A stretch of DNA of 64,000 bases from a virus (taxonomy: Duplodnaviria > Heunggongvirae > Uroviricota > Caudoviricetes): positions 76,925 to 140,924 of the IMG/VR virus record IMGVR_UViG_2645727636_000004. One strand, 5' to 3'. A program made the translations under genes and the position numbers. This document shows, in pieces, positions 27,922-37,227 of the stretch. A model generated the notes under the pieces. That model saw nothing but the letters and a program-made list of their open reading frames with translations, made no database searches and was not told where the DNA came from. The number at the start of each line of letters is the position of its first letter. The first letter of the stretch is position 1.

Positions 27922-27923
27922 AA

Positions 27924-28094
27924 ATGAGTTATGAATTATTTAGAGGAGATGACCATATTTACACGTATGACCACAAACATGTAGCTGAAAAACAAGCATC
28001 AACTCTTGGTTCAGAGTTCTATGTAAGGGAAATAACATTTGATGAGTATTACAAACAGATGAAAGAAATATATGTAGAAGGGAGATATAAATAA
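27924..28094 (+). CDS. hypothetical protein (56 aa)
   Basis: Begins 3 nt after the previous stop; frame open to 28094. Confidence 0.4.
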   Translation: MSYELFRGDDHIYTYDHKHVAEKQASTLGSEFYVREITFDEYYKQMKEIYVEGRYK

Positions 28095-28136
28095 TTACAT
28101 AAATTAGATGTATTATGAAAAATGAGGAGGATATTA

Positions 28137-28412
28137 ATGTATAAAATTAAATTAGAGGAATATGAATTTACTAATAATAATGGTGTAATTACAGTAAAGC
28201 GTTATGGAGAGCATTGGAGAAATTATATAGGAGATAATGCAGTATTAGCTTTGCTGCATAAGATTGAAGACTTAGAAGAAGGAAATAAGAAATTAATCAG
28301 TTCATTAGAAGAAATTGCACATCATGTATCTGTACCAATAGATGAACCTGAAAACTATGAAAATACAGTGTATGAATTCATAGATATTGCAAAAAGAGCT
28401 TTAGGATATTAA
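28137..28412 (+). CDS. hypothetical protein (91 aa)
   Basis: ATG at 28137 preceded by aatGAGGAGGatattaATG. Confidence 0.55.
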   Translation: MYKIKLEEYEFTNNNGVITVKRYGEHWRNYIGDNAVLALLHKIEDLEEGNKKLISSLEEIAHHVSVPIDEPENYENTVYEFIDIAKRALGY

Positions 28413-28435
28413 AAGAAATAAAAAGGGGAATACAT

Positions 28436-28603
28436 TTGAAAAAGAAATTAATTGATTATATTAGAGAAGAAAGTCAGTGTAATTATGTAGATTTGATTGA
28501 CTACATTATGGAATTAAATACATTAGGTTCAGATGAATTAAAAGCTAAGTGTTTATTGGATTTAATTTGGTATATACATAATGTAGAGTCAAGTGAAGAT
28601 TAA
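28436..28603 (+). CDS. hypothetical protein (55 aa), TTG start
   Basis: RBS aaAAGGGGaatacatTTG. Confidence 0.4.
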   Translation: MKKKLIDYIREESQCNYVDLIDYIMELNTLGSDELKAKCLLDLIWYIHNVESSED

Positions 28604-28654
28604 ATATCAACATGTTTACATAAAAGAGATATATTAATGAAGGGAGTTATTACA

Positions 28655-28831
28655 ATGAAAAAAGAAATAGATGAACACTATCTAACAATTATTGAAAAAG
28701 AACGAGCTAGGACTTGTGAATTGATTGATCTAATTAAGAGACTACGTGAAAATTGTGAAATACCTTACAATGGTCTAAGAAAAGAAGTGAGAATGGTGAT
28801 AAAAAAATTTGATAATGAACTAAATATTTAA
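28655..28831 (+). CDS. hypothetical protein (58 aa)
   Basis: ATG preceded by GAAGGGAGttattacaATG. Confidence 0.5.
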   Translation: MKKEIDEHYLTIIEKERARTCELIDLIKRLRENCEIPYNGLRKEVRMVIKKFDNELNI

Positions 28832-28872
28832 TAATAGGAATCTTTGATTGAAATGGAGTGTGTAGAAAAGCC

Positions 28873-29034
28873 ATGACAAAAGAAAACAAGCTAAGTGTAC
28901 GCTTAAATGGCTCGCTAACAAATCGATGTTCTAAAAGAAAATTAGATAATTTACTGTTTGCTATAAATGATTATATTGGGTTAAAGGATCAATTGAAGAC
29001 ACAGGAGATGGGAGCTGCTTCTACTTATGAGTAA
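28873..29034 (+). CDS. hypothetical protein (53 aa); weak RBS
   Basis: ORF MTKENKLSVRLNGSLTNRCSKRKLDNLLF...; only agaaaag upstream. Confidence 0.35.
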   Translation: MTKENKLSVRLNGSLTNRCSKRKLDNLLFAINDYIGLKDQLKTQEMGAASTYE

Positions 29035-29221
29035 TGGTGTACGATTTGGATTGCAGTATCTAGAAGAAGGAGAATATACTCTGAATGGAGGTCTAGGGAA
29101 TAAAATACTCAGTGAATTTGAAGTAAAAAACGGTCAATTATTCTTTAATGGCGAGAAAGAACCGACTGTACCGCCTACTATGTATGAGTTTTTAAAAAGT
29201 AAATCCAGTAATGTTAAATAA
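29027..29221 (+). CDS. hypothetical protein (64 aa)
   Basis: Overlaps the previous ORF by 8 nt; from the ORF track. Confidence 0.45.
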   Translation: MSNGVRFGLQYLEEGEYTLNGGLGNKILSEFEVKNGQLFFNGEKEPTVPPTMYEFLKSKSSNVK

Positions 29222-29258
29222 AAACTAAATATTATTAAATACATAAAAGGAGAATAGT

Positions 29259-29582
29259 ATGTCAGAAAAAGTGAAAGTATCGAAAGAGGTTGCAGAGGCT
29301 CTGAAAACAGTTTTGCCAAATGGAAATATTAGCGCTTGTATCGAAAAGCATGTGAAAGGTTGGGATTACGAACCTAAATTGCCTTTGAAAAAACTTTCAA
29401 CAGAAGAGTTTGCAAGATGTTGTTTGATAGGCTACGTGATCGAAGAATCGCCAGAAGAAAAGTTGTTATCGACTTATAAGTTAGGAGATATGGAAGTTGA
29501 ACCTTGTGGTGCTTGTTACCAAAGTGGCATTAGAGACACTCTTAATATATTAGACATGAAGATTAAAGGTATCAACTCTTAA
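29259..29582 (+). CDS. hypothetical protein (107 aa)
   Basis: RBS AAAGGAGaatagtATG; motif at 29238-29247. Confidence 0.55.
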   Translation: MSEKVKVSKEVAEALKTVLPNGNISACIEKHVKGWDYEPKLPLKKLSTEEFARCCLIGYVIEESPEEKLLSTYKLGDMEVEPCGACYQSGIRDTLNILDMKIKGINS

Positions 29583-29658
29583 CTTAATGATATTCATGGT
29601 GTTATCAACAAAACTGCATAAAAGGTAAGTATTATGGAAAGTGAAAAGGAGAGTTAGA

Positions 29659-29973
29659 ATGCAAATAAATTTTGAAAATGGATCAACTTTGACATCGATT
29701 GATACAAATGACGTAATACGTGGTCATTTATTTAGTCATGTGATTGCTCCAAAAGATTTTGAATACATATTATGTGAGCGAAAAAACGGCAAGAAGTTCA
29801 TTAAAGTAATCATGTACTATAATGATGCTAACGGTTATATCGAAGTAGCAAGGATAAATCCAATTAAGAATGACTTCAGTGAAGATGGTTACGGTGACAT
29901 TGACCATTTATTCAGTTACTTAGAAGACAATCAGAAAGTCATCAGTAACATTAAACAACAATTAATTAAATAG
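29659..29973 (+). CDS. hypothetical protein (104 aa)
   Basis: ATG at 29659 preceded by AAAAGGAGAGttagaATG. Confidence 0.55.
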   Translation: MQINFENGSTLTSIDTNDVIRGHLFSHVIAPKDFEYILCERKNGKKFIKVIMYYNDANGYIEVARINPIKNDFSEDGYGDIDHLFSYLEDNQKVISNIKQQLIK

Positions 29974-29993
29974 TAAAGGAACTGATGTAATTT

Positions 29994-30173
29994 ATGAAGA
30001 AACGTGTAATTATTGCAAATATCATCAGAAAATTAGAAAGTGATTCAAGACGTTCTCCGAACCCTTTCGCTTCAACTCTTTCTGAGGACGATTATATACA
30101 ACTAGGGAAGAGTTACTATGCTGATGAGCTATTACGTGAAATTAGAATTATGTTGGATAGTAACTTTTCATAA
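29994..30173 (+). CDS. hypothetical protein (59 aa)
   Basis: RBS AAAGGAactgatgtaatttATG. Confidence 0.45.
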   Translation: MKKRVIIANIIRKLESDSRRSPNPFASTLSEDDYIQLGKSYYADELLREIRIMLDSNFS

Positions 30174-30205
30174 AATTTAACTTTTACTGAAAGGGTGTCA
30201 TTATA

Positions 30206-30475
30206 ATGATCAAAAATTATTTAGATACTATGTATGAAAAACATAAGAAGTATTTAGATTCTTTAAATCAACTAGAAGAATATCTTGAGAATGGTATTTT
30301 TAAATACAAAGGAATTGAAGTAGTAGTAAGTAACTTTGACAAAGAAGGATGGGTTTTGGAAATCACATCTCTGGACAGCAAATCATCATTATGGAATGAT
30401 AGTCCAAATATCTATATGTCAGTATACGAGTTTAATGATGAAATTGAACTTTCTAGACAGAAAGCAATTAATTGA
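30206..30475 (+). CDS. hypothetical protein (89 aa)
   Basis: RBS GAAAGGGtgtcattataATG. Confidence 0.55.
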   Translation: MIKNYLDTMYEKHKKYLDSLNQLEEYLENGIFKYKGIEVVVSNFDKEGWVLEITSLDSKSSLWNDSPNIYMSVYEFNDEIELSRQKAIN

Positions 30476-30506
30476 AGATTAAATAATAGGAACATATTAC
30501 AAAACG

Positions 30507-30538
30507 TTAAGAGTCGATCATCAAAAGTCGGCTCTTAA
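30507..30538 (+). repeat. inverted repeat: 11-bp arms (one G-U/mismatch) around a 10-nt spacer, just upstream of the recombinase gene
   Basis: Arms TTAAGAGTCGA at 30507-30517 and TCGGCTCTTAA at 30528-30538; no T-run follows. Confidence 0.45.
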
Positions 30539-30635
30539 ATAAAATAAATAATAAAATACATAAAAAATGCTTTACAATACACAAAATAATGGATATACTA
30601 TTATTAATAAAGAAATTATAAAGGGGTTGCAAATA

Positions 30636-31709
30636 ATGGTTATGGTTAATCACAATACTTCATATATGGGCAACTACATAGGAGATTATATAGAAGAGTT
30701 TTTAAAAGTAAAAGGTAAAAAGTCTTTTAATACAGAAAAAACTTATAGGTCTAGTTTGAATCAAGTGTTTAAGGACATCTTAGGTAACAATGATTATATT
30801 TATATAACAGATAAAAATATTGAACATGACTTACGTTCAGAAATTTTGTTTGAATATTTCGATTCATTATATGATGCAGAAAAAGAAGATGGTACTAGGA
30901 TGTATGCTAATCAGACGATTAATAGTAGACAATCTGCGATTAAGTCATTGATCACTTATTTAAAGACAAAGAAAATAGATGGAGAAAATTTAATAAAGTA
31001 TGATTTAGATGATTTGAAAGTAATTGAATCGCTTAAGAACATAGGCGAAGAAATAGAAATGATACCATTTGAATTATCAATGGAATACATTGAATATTTT
31101 GGAAAAGAAGAACAGGGCTTAGAGAAATCATTAATTATTGAATTAGCTATAGACTCCGCACTTAGAGCATCTGAATTATTAAAGATAGAATGGTCAAATT
31201 TCACACCAGTAGAAGACGGAGTTATTATGAAGTCTCATGGTTACAATAAAGGAAAAGGCAATGAAGAATGGATAGACAAGATATCCTTTGAACTATATAA
31301 TAAGTTGTTACAACTAAAAGAAATTGGAAATACGAATAAATTATTTACTTTGACTTACAAAAAATTAGTCGGGATGATGGATAGGGCTAATAAGCTATTA
31401 AATAATACAGATTTAGAATACTCTTTCCATTCATTTAAAAAATTATCCGTTACGATGTGTTATTTAAACAATGGAAATTGCATAGATTCAGCAATGAAAA
31501 AGGCTCGACATAAAAATGTAAATACCACTATGAGATATCTAAGATTAACCAATCTGAATGTTACAGGTATTATATCTGCAAAAATGACTACTGCTGAAGA
31601 ATTATATAAAACAGCTTCACATGAATTATTATTAGAATGTTTAGAAGAAATGCGTCCAGAGATGCTTTTATTACTAAATAATAAAATCAAGAATAAAATA
31701 ACAAAATGA
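30636..31709 (+). CDS. tyrosine site-specific recombinase (integrase/Xer-like), catalytic residues intact (357 aa)
   Basis: R in ALRASEL; H in FHSFKK; RHKNVNTTMRYLRL matches the box II R-H...Y signature; ATG at 30636 preceded by AAAGGGGttgcaaataATG (the track's start at 30567 has no RBS). Confidence 0.75.
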   Translation: MVMVNHNTSYMGNYIGDYIEEFLKVKGKKSFNTEKTYRSSLNQVFKDILGNNDYIYITDKNIEHDLRSEILFEYFDSLYDAEKEDGTRMYANQTINSRQSAIKSLITYLKTKKIDGENLIKYDLDDLKVIESLKNIGEEIEMIPFELSMEYIEYFGKEEQGLEKSLIIELAIDSALRASELLKIEWSNFTPVEDGVIMKSHGYNKGKGNEEWIDKISFELYNKLLQLKEIGNTNKLFTLTYKKLVGMMDRANKLLNNTDLEYSFHSFKKLSVTMCYLNNGNCIDSAMKKARHKNVNTTMRYLRLTNLNVTGIISAKMTTAEELYKTASHELLLECLEEMRPEMLLLLNNKIKNKITK

Positions 31710-31776
31710 ATAAATTTATGTGACATTATAGATGATAAATGGTAAAATCAACATAGTATTGAAAGGAGTTTTTTAA

Positions 31777-33123
31777 ATGAAAATCAATAAAGATAGAGAA
31801 TCTTTAGAGACAGAAGTAAAAAGTCTAATTTCTTTATTTGCTACAACTGTAGATAAAAAAGAATTTGACTTAATTGTAGAGCATTTAAATAGTAAACATG
31901 GAATTAAAAAGTCTAATGTTTATATGTTACTTAACAACTCAAATAATGTATCTAAATTAACATTAGAAGAATTAGCATTATTCGGAAAACAATTAACTGT
32001 AAAATTAGGAATTGATAATATTGAATGGATGAATACTTGGTTCACTGAAAGAGAAATTAAAGAATTCGAAAGATTTCAATTTGTTGATATGCAATCAATT
32101 GATGATCTAGATTTCCCTATAACGCTTTCCAATGTAACTTATCTTGGAAATGGATACTATAATTTAACAATTACAAGACAATTGCTTGGTAGGTTATATA
32201 AATACGGTAAATTAAACTACAATCCAAATGTACAACGTGGAATGAGAAAAGTCTATCGTTATGGTAAAGAGATGGAAGAACCAATTGTATTTAAAAGTAA
32301 AGTAACTGAAATGAGTAAATTGACATTAGAAGATAAATTAGAACCATCAACAATAACATTAAATGCAGCACAAATGTCGTCTGATGAAGGTGAAGAACTA
32401 ATTTACGATGAAAAATCGCACAAATTAACAATAAATTCAGGGACAATTTTAGATATCGTAGACGGAATGCATAGAACGTTAGCAACATATAGTGCATATT
32501 CAAAAGATAAAGACATTAACGGATCTTATCCAATTACTATTTCTAACAAATCAGATGAAGAAATTCAGAGATATCAAGTAAATATGGATAAACAAACTCC
32601 ATTAACAAGAAGTAAGATTGTCGAGTATTCAGGTGGGCATGTTAGTAATGTGATTAATATTTTAAAATCTAAAGGTGAATTAAAAGACAGAATTAGTTCA
32701 GTAGGAGACAGTAAGGCAACTTTACGCGGTAGTGATATTATCCCTTATAAAATGCTACATGCTGCTATTAGTAATGTTTATAATATTGATTCTGTACTTC
32801 AATCAAGAAAAGTTGCAGATGAAATAAATGAATATCTAGTATATCTATTTGGGTATTTTGGTAAGCACGAAAGAGATGAATATAAAGTATTGTTTGATGC
32901 AGATTTATTCGAAGCTCATTTAACTTTGGCTAGTAAGATGAAAGAGAATAAAATTCCGTATGACAAACTGTCTGAAATAATTAAAATTGAAGCATTTAAT
33001 ATAGAGAATAAATTCTGGAAAGATACAAATGTAATCAATAATGAAGGTAAAGTAGTAAACAAGAAAATGAGAAGGAAGATAAGTGATTTCTTTGAAGGTA
33101 TGTTAGAGGAGGCAGAATTGTAG
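31777..33123 (+). CDS. DGQHR-domain (DndB-like, ParB/Srx-fold) protein with an extra N-terminal domain (448 aa)
   Basis: NVQRGMRKVYRYGKEM followed about 70 aa later by ILDIVDGMHRTLA, paralleling the QR...DGQHR layout of the DndB family; RBS GAAAGGAGttttttaaATG. Confidence 0.55.
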   Translation: MKINKDRESLETEVKSLISLFATTVDKKEFDLIVEHLNSKHGIKKSNVYMLLNNSNNVSKLTLEELALFGKQLTVKLGIDNIEWMNTWFTEREIKEFERFQFVDMQSIDDLDFPITLSNVTYLGNGYYNLTITRQLLGRLYKYGKLNYNPNVQRGMRKVYRYGKEMEEPIVFKSKVTEMSKLTLEDKLEPSTITLNAAQMSSDEGEELIYDEKSHKLTINSGTILDIVDGMHRTLATYSAYSKDKDINGSYPITISNKSDEEIQRYQVNMDKQTPLTRSKIVEYSGGHVSNVINILKSKGELKDRISSVGDSKATLRGSDIIPYKMLHAAISNVYNIDSVLQSRKVADEINEYLVYLFGYFGKHERDEYKVLFDADLFEAHLTLASKMKENKIPYDKLSEIIKIEAFNIENKFWKDTNVINNEGKVVNKKMRRKISDFFEGMLEEAEL

Positions 33124-34100
33124 TGTATAACAGAGAATATAAAATGAAATTTATTGAAACTTTAGATGTTAAAGAAATAAGTGAGGAGCGTTATGTTTAT
33201 CTTTTTGAAAAAACAGCGGAAGTTGAATTTAAAATTAATAAAGATTTGTTTGATATGAATTTCGAAGAATTGGAAATTACTTTTTATGCAGCTAAGAGAA
33301 GTAAGCATCGATCACTAATTTCATATATTACAACTATAAAAAATTACATTACATGGGCTAAAGATAATGGTTATGGCGTATCACCAGTTCATCCAATCGT
33401 GGAATCTATCAATACTTCTTTTGTTGATAAATACTTATATAAAGAAGGATTAACTTATTATACAAGAGAAGCTTTACTTATGAATATTGAAAAGCTTATA
33501 AATGTTCGTGATAAAGCAATCGTTTTAGCAGTGTTTGAGGGGATCAGAGGTAAGGCTTTATCTGAATTAACTAATTTACGATATGAAGATTTATCTGAAA
33601 AAGAAGGTAAATATTATGCATCATTGCTTTCTGATGAAATTAATTTAGATAATCGTCAAATTGAAATATCTAAAGAGTTATACGACTTATTTGTTCAAAC
33701 TTATAGAAAAACAGAGTACATTGGAAAGAAAGGAAATGTTACTCGTGTTGCTGATGGAGAATATATATTAAGAAAGAATCGAGTAGGTGAAGGTGATATT
33801 AGATTTACAGTCAGTATGATTAATAGTTTATTCTCGGGCATCATTAAAACTGAGTTTGAAGATGCTCAAATAACAGTAACCTCATTAATTGAATCTGGGG
33901 CAATGTGGTATACAAATTCATTACTAAAAGATGACAGAGTTATTACTAAAGAAATAGCTACCAATGTAATGAATAGATACGGTTTATACTCGTTCAAAGG
34001 TGAAAAGAAAAGTTATCCTTCATTTATGAGATATAAAGAAGTTATAAATGATGAATTTTTTGAAGATAACTATGGCAGCTTTAAATATGAATTTAAATAA
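33123..34100 (+). CDS. tyrosine-recombinase-like protein, apparently degenerate (box I Arg retained, box II His/Arg/His not found); GTG start with stop/start overlap (325 aa)
   Basis: DKAIVLAVFEGIRGKALSELTNLRYEDL resembles recombinase box I; no HxxR...Y found downstream; RBS GAGGAGG lies 9 nt before the GTG. Confidence 0.5.
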   Translation: MYNREYKMKFIETLDVKEISEERYVYLFEKTAEVEFKINKDLFDMNFEELEITFYAAKRSKHRSLISYITTIKNYITWAKDNGYGVSPVHPIVESINTSFVDKYLYKEGLTYYTREALLMNIEKLINVRDKAIVLAVFEGIRGKALSELTNLRYEDLSEKEGKYYASLLSDEINLDNRQIEISKELYDLFVQTYRKTEYIGKKGNVTRVADGEYILRKNRVGEGDIRFTVSMINSLFSGIIKTEFEDAQITVTSLIESGAMWYTNSLLKDDRVITKEIATNVMNRYGLYSFKGEKKSYPSFMRYKEVINDEFFEDNYGSFKYEFK

Positions 34101-34110
34101 ATTTAAAAAG

Positions 34111-34142
34111 GACTGAATGTTTACCATTCGGTTTCCTTTATA
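34111..34142 (+). terminator. intrinsic terminator ending the recombinase module
   Basis: Stem GACTGAATG at 34111-34119 pairs with CATTCGGTT at 34125-34133 (G-U pairs), then TCCTTTAT. Confidence 0.5.
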
Positions 34143-34267
34143 CATAAAAATAAATAAATGATTGTACAATGTTTGATTTTTGCTAAATTTATTCAAAGAA
34201 ATAGAAATGGAGAATATTTCTAGGAACAATCAAACGAAAAATAAGAACAAATGTTTGCATTTCTATA

Positions 34268-34296
34268 TTGACAATACTGTATATGGTTGGTAAAAT
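34268..34296 (+). promoter_or_regulatory. strong sigma-A-like promoter: TTGACA, 17-nt spacer, TAAAAT
   Basis: Consensus -35 at 34268-34273; -10 at 34291-34296; lies in a 250-bp non-coding gap. Confidence 0.6.
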
Positions 34297-34367
34297 TGTA
34301 TCAATAGAGATGATAGTAGATGCTACATCTATACTAAAATTAATGGAAAATGGAGGAATATTACAAT

Positions 34368-34817
34368 ATGAGTGCACTTTTAGTATCATTTGAAGCTAAT
34401 CTAGTAATAAAAGATAAAAGTCCAGAAGAGTTGGAGGAGTTGTTTGATGGATTGCTACCGTCAAACGGACTCCATATGAAAAACATAAAGGGTAGAAAAT
34501 TATTAGTTGAATGTATGGATTCGCAATTTACAGAGATTTTAGAAATCGATGAAGATGGACAAGAAGTAACTTTTTTAAATCGTAAACCAGAATTAAAATA
34601 TTATCCTTCAACAAATAATACTTTTAAAACTAATGATATGATTAGGATTAATGGGAAAGGTGACTACAATATCATCTTGACTCCTATGTTTGCATTTTTA
34701 TACAACGGCGAAACACAGACTACTATTGAGATGGACAACGTAAAAAATATCAATGATACGAAGCTATATCTAGAACAAAACTATCCGGAATACATAGTGC
34801 TTCGTAAGATTACCTGA
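34368..34817 (+). CDS. hypothetical protein (149 aa)
   Basis: ATG at 34368 preceded by aaatGGAGGaatattacaatATG. Confidence 0.55.
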   Translation: MSALLVSFEANLVIKDKSPEELEELFDGLLPSNGLHMKNIKGRKLLVECMDSQFTEILEIDEDGQEVTFLNRKPELKYYPSTNNTFKTNDMIRINGKGDYNIILTPMFAFLYNGETQTTIEMDNVKNINDTKLYLEQNYPEYIVLRKIT

Positions 34818-34922
34818 TCAGATTAATTAATGATGATTAATGTTAGGGTGTGGTATTAGGGGTGTTTCTAATGTCGCACCTTGAAATTAATAAACAATAA
34901 AATACATAAAGGTGGTATGTTC

Positions 34923-35132
34923 ATGATTAAAAAGTATAGTAAAAAGCGATATGAAGATTTTGGACTGTTCATTTCTCCTAATAGACGTGGAGATGGGTTT
35001 AAAATAATAAGAGATGAGGATGGTTGGATATTTGACAAAACTTACAAAGATAAAGACTCAGCGCAAAGATGGATAGATGAAATGATTGATCTTATAGATA
35101 ATTCAAAAGCTAAATGGGAAGCAAATACATAA
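34923..35132 (+). CDS. hypothetical protein (69 aa)
   Basis: AAAGGTGG lies 7 nt before ATG 34923; motif at 34900-34909. Confidence 0.5.
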   Translation: MIKKYSKKRYEDFGLFISPNRRGDGFKIIRDEDGWIFDKTYKDKDSAQRWIDEMIDLIDNSKAKWEANT

Positions 35133-35159
35133 AATACATAATGACTGAGGTAAATATAT

Positions 35160-35549
35160 ATGATTAAAATTTATACAGATAGTAGTTACAAGGATGGATC
35201 ATCCACACACCACTACTTTGTCATGAAAGGAAACAGAAGAATTAAAAGAAGAACATTTATTGGATTTGATGAATCTTCTATGAAAGCAGAAGCAACAACG
35301 ATAATTAAGGCTTTACAGATGGTATTAAAGAAAGAATGGAAAGGAGTAACAGTTTATACAGATTCATTAACTACTGTATTTGGAGTTAAGCATGATAAAT
35401 TTAATAATGAGGATTTTCGATACATAGCACATTTACTTAAAGTAACAAATTCAAAAATACAGTGGAAGAATAGACGACATTATAGAATTAAATTAGCTGA
35501 CACTGAATGTCGTAAGATGATGAAGACTAAATTGAGACGAGTAGTTTAA
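35160..35549 (+). CDS. ribonuclease H (RNase HI-like, 129 aa)
   Basis: IKIYTDSSYKDGSS (cf. TDGS), KAEATTIIKAL, VTVYTDSL and KLADTEC align with the RNase H active-site segments; tandem AAATACATAA at 35123-35141 upstream. Confidence 0.65.
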   Translation: MIKIYTDSSYKDGSSTHHYFVMKGNRRIKRRTFIGFDESSMKAEATTIIKALQMVLKKEWKGVTVYTDSLTTVFGVKHDKFNNEDFRYIAHLLKVTNSKIQWKNRRHYRIKLADTECRKMMKTKLRRVV

Positions 35550-35578
35550 AAATACATATACATAAAGGTGAGATAAGA

Positions 35579-35818
35579 ATGAGTAGTGATGTTACAAACT
35601 TAAAGAATACTTTTGATTCAATTATTAATGAATACGATAAAGGTTCGATGTTTAATGATGACGATAGCATAAAGTCTTGGATTGCTAGATGTGATTGGCT
35701 TGTTAAACAGATGGTAGACATTAAAGTAGGAGCAGGATTCAAATATTTTGAGCTGCAAAAAGAGTATAATCCTCTTCAGGAAAATAGCAACATTGGTGAG
35801 GGTGAAGAAACTGAATAA
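35579..35818 (+). CDS. hypothetical acidic protein (79 aa)
   Basis: RBS AAAGGTGAGataagaATG. Confidence 0.5.
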   Translation: MSSDVTNLKNTFDSIINEYDKGSMFNDDDSIKSWIARCDWLVKQMVDIKVGAGFKYFELQKEYNPLQENSNIGEGEETE

Positions 35819-35993
35819 TTGGATTGAACCTAAAGAATATAATGTAATTGGACGTTGTGTAAACAAAGAATGCTTAAATGAAATAACTAGAGAAGATGAG
35901 TATCTGGTAGATGATCACAATTTATATTGTGACTCAATTTGTTATACTAAATATATGTTGGAACAAGGTGCAGTCAAGGAAATTAAATATTAA
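35748..35993 (+). CDS. Cys-rich hypothetical protein; start unclear, with a large overlap and no canonical start near the overlap end
   Basis: From the ORF track; CVNKEC...CDSICY motif. Confidence 0.35.
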   Translation: MSCKKSIILFRKIATLVRVKKLNNWIEPKEYNVIGRCVNKECLNEITREDEYLVDDHNLYCDSICYTKYMLEQGAVKEIKY

Positions 35994-36053
35994 AATACAT
36001 AATTTAAATAAATATATATTTAAAATTAATTATACATAAAAGAGGATGCAGAT

Positions 36054-36227
36054 ATGGACTTTAATAAATTTAACGGAAAGAAGATTCTTAAGGCAAGCAA
36101 TGAAATTGAGTTACATGAAAACATTATAGAATGTAATAGGAATGGATGGCAAGTTGGTAGTAATATGCGATACATATCAAACGATTATCGTCCATTTCAA
36201 ATACTAATGAAATACACAGGATTTTAA
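36054..36227 (+). CDS. hypothetical protein (57 aa)
   Basis: RBS AAAGAGGatgcagatATG. Confidence 0.4.
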   Translation: MDFNKFNGKKILKASNEIELHENIIECNRNGWQVGSNMRYISNDYRPFQILMKYTGF

Positions 36228-36256
36228 AATACATATACATAATGAGGAGAATTAGT

Positions 36257-36844
36257 ATGCGAAAAGATATTATGGTTGATATTGAAACACTAGGTACTGG
36301 AGAAAATGCAACAGTATTTCAAATTTCAGCAATGAGCTTTGATATTCAAACAGGGGACAAGCATGACTCAATTAATTTGATCGGCGATATTGAAAAATAC
36401 AGCAGCTTAAATGTTGATGGTTCAACTCTAAAATGGTGGTTAAATACAGATAAAGAACTACTTACTGAATTGTTGAATAAAGGTACGTGTAATGAATACG
36501 ATTTATTTGAAATTTTACACACATGGTTATTATCTCAATCAGAGACAGGCGATATGAAGGATGTCTACTTATGGGGTAACGGTATCCTATTCGATAATGC
36601 AAAGTTGCAAACTAACTTAAATGGGTGTAATGATCTGAAGTATCCAATTTATTATAAAAATGATCGTGATGTACGGACAATTTTAGAGTTAGCAAGTATG
36701 AAGTCAGGACTAAGTGAAGATGAAATTAAAGCGTCTGTAACAGATGAAAATGAGCGTAAGCATGATGCTTTTGATGATATTGCTTATCAAATTAGATTAA
36801 TAGTTAAGTGTTACGAAATTTTAATGAATAAAGAGGCAGAGTAA
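36257..36844 (+). CDS. DEDDh 3'-5' exonuclease (DnaQ/epsilon-like), candidate proofreading subunit (195 aa)
   Basis: Exo I MVDIETLG, Exo II WGNGILFDNAKL, Exo III HDAFDDIAY; ATG at 36257 preceded by aatGAGGAGaattagtATG. Confidence 0.7.
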   Translation: MRKDIMVDIETLGTGENATVFQISAMSFDIQTGDKHDSINLIGDIEKYSSLNVDGSTLKWWLNTDKELLTELLNKGTCNEYDLFEILHTWLLSQSETGDMKDVYLWGNGILFDNAKLQTNLNGCNDLKYPIYYKNDRDVRTILELASMKSGLSEDEIKASVTDENERKHDAFDDIAYQIRLIVKCYEILMNKEAE

Positions 36845-37227
36845 TGCGAGAGAAAAAATTTCGATATACATTTATGCATGTTCAAACAGGAAATATTGAA
36901 CAGAAGATTTATACATTGAATCAATTAGAAGAACGGAACACAAAGGATTTATCACCATGTTTCAATGCTGAATTTGGATATAAATTGATTGGCAGAGATG
37001 AATTTACTGGCTTAAAAGATAAGAATAGTAAGGATATTTATGAAGGAGATGTAACTAAAGGACACTTGTGGAGAAAAGGAAAAGGGTATAGACACGTTGG
37101 TAGAGTCGCTTATGTACATAGTGCGTTTAAAGTTCGTGGTGTTAAACAGTATTTCGGCATGGATGATGAGCTTAATATGACTTATGAAATTATTGGCAAC
37201 ATCTACGAAAATCCAGAGATGCTGTAA
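36844..37227 (+). CDS. YopX-family protein (127 aa)
   Basis: The C-terminal EIIGNIYENPEML is the characteristic YopX ending; ATGA overlap with the upstream gene. Confidence 0.65.
   Translation: MREKKFRYTFMHVQTGNIEQKIYTLNQLEERNTKDLSPCFNAEFGYKLIGRDEFTGLKDKNSKDIYEGDVTKGHLWRKGKGYRHVGRVAYVHSAFKVRGVKQYFGMDDELNMTYEIIGNIYENPEML

Noticed and set aside
30480-34350. The integrase module as a prophage end (attL/attR) or evidence that the whole window is a temperate prophage
   Set aside because: There are no flanking host-like genes, direct att repeats, repressor/anti-repressor switch adjacent to the integrase, or change in strand organisation. The surrounding genes continue the same phage early/replication programme.
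34189-34389. 66-aa minus-strand ORF spanning the 34101–34349 intergenic region
   Set aside because: It overlaps a strong + strand promoter and the start of the downstream gene. It has no RBS and is most likely an AT-rich artefact.
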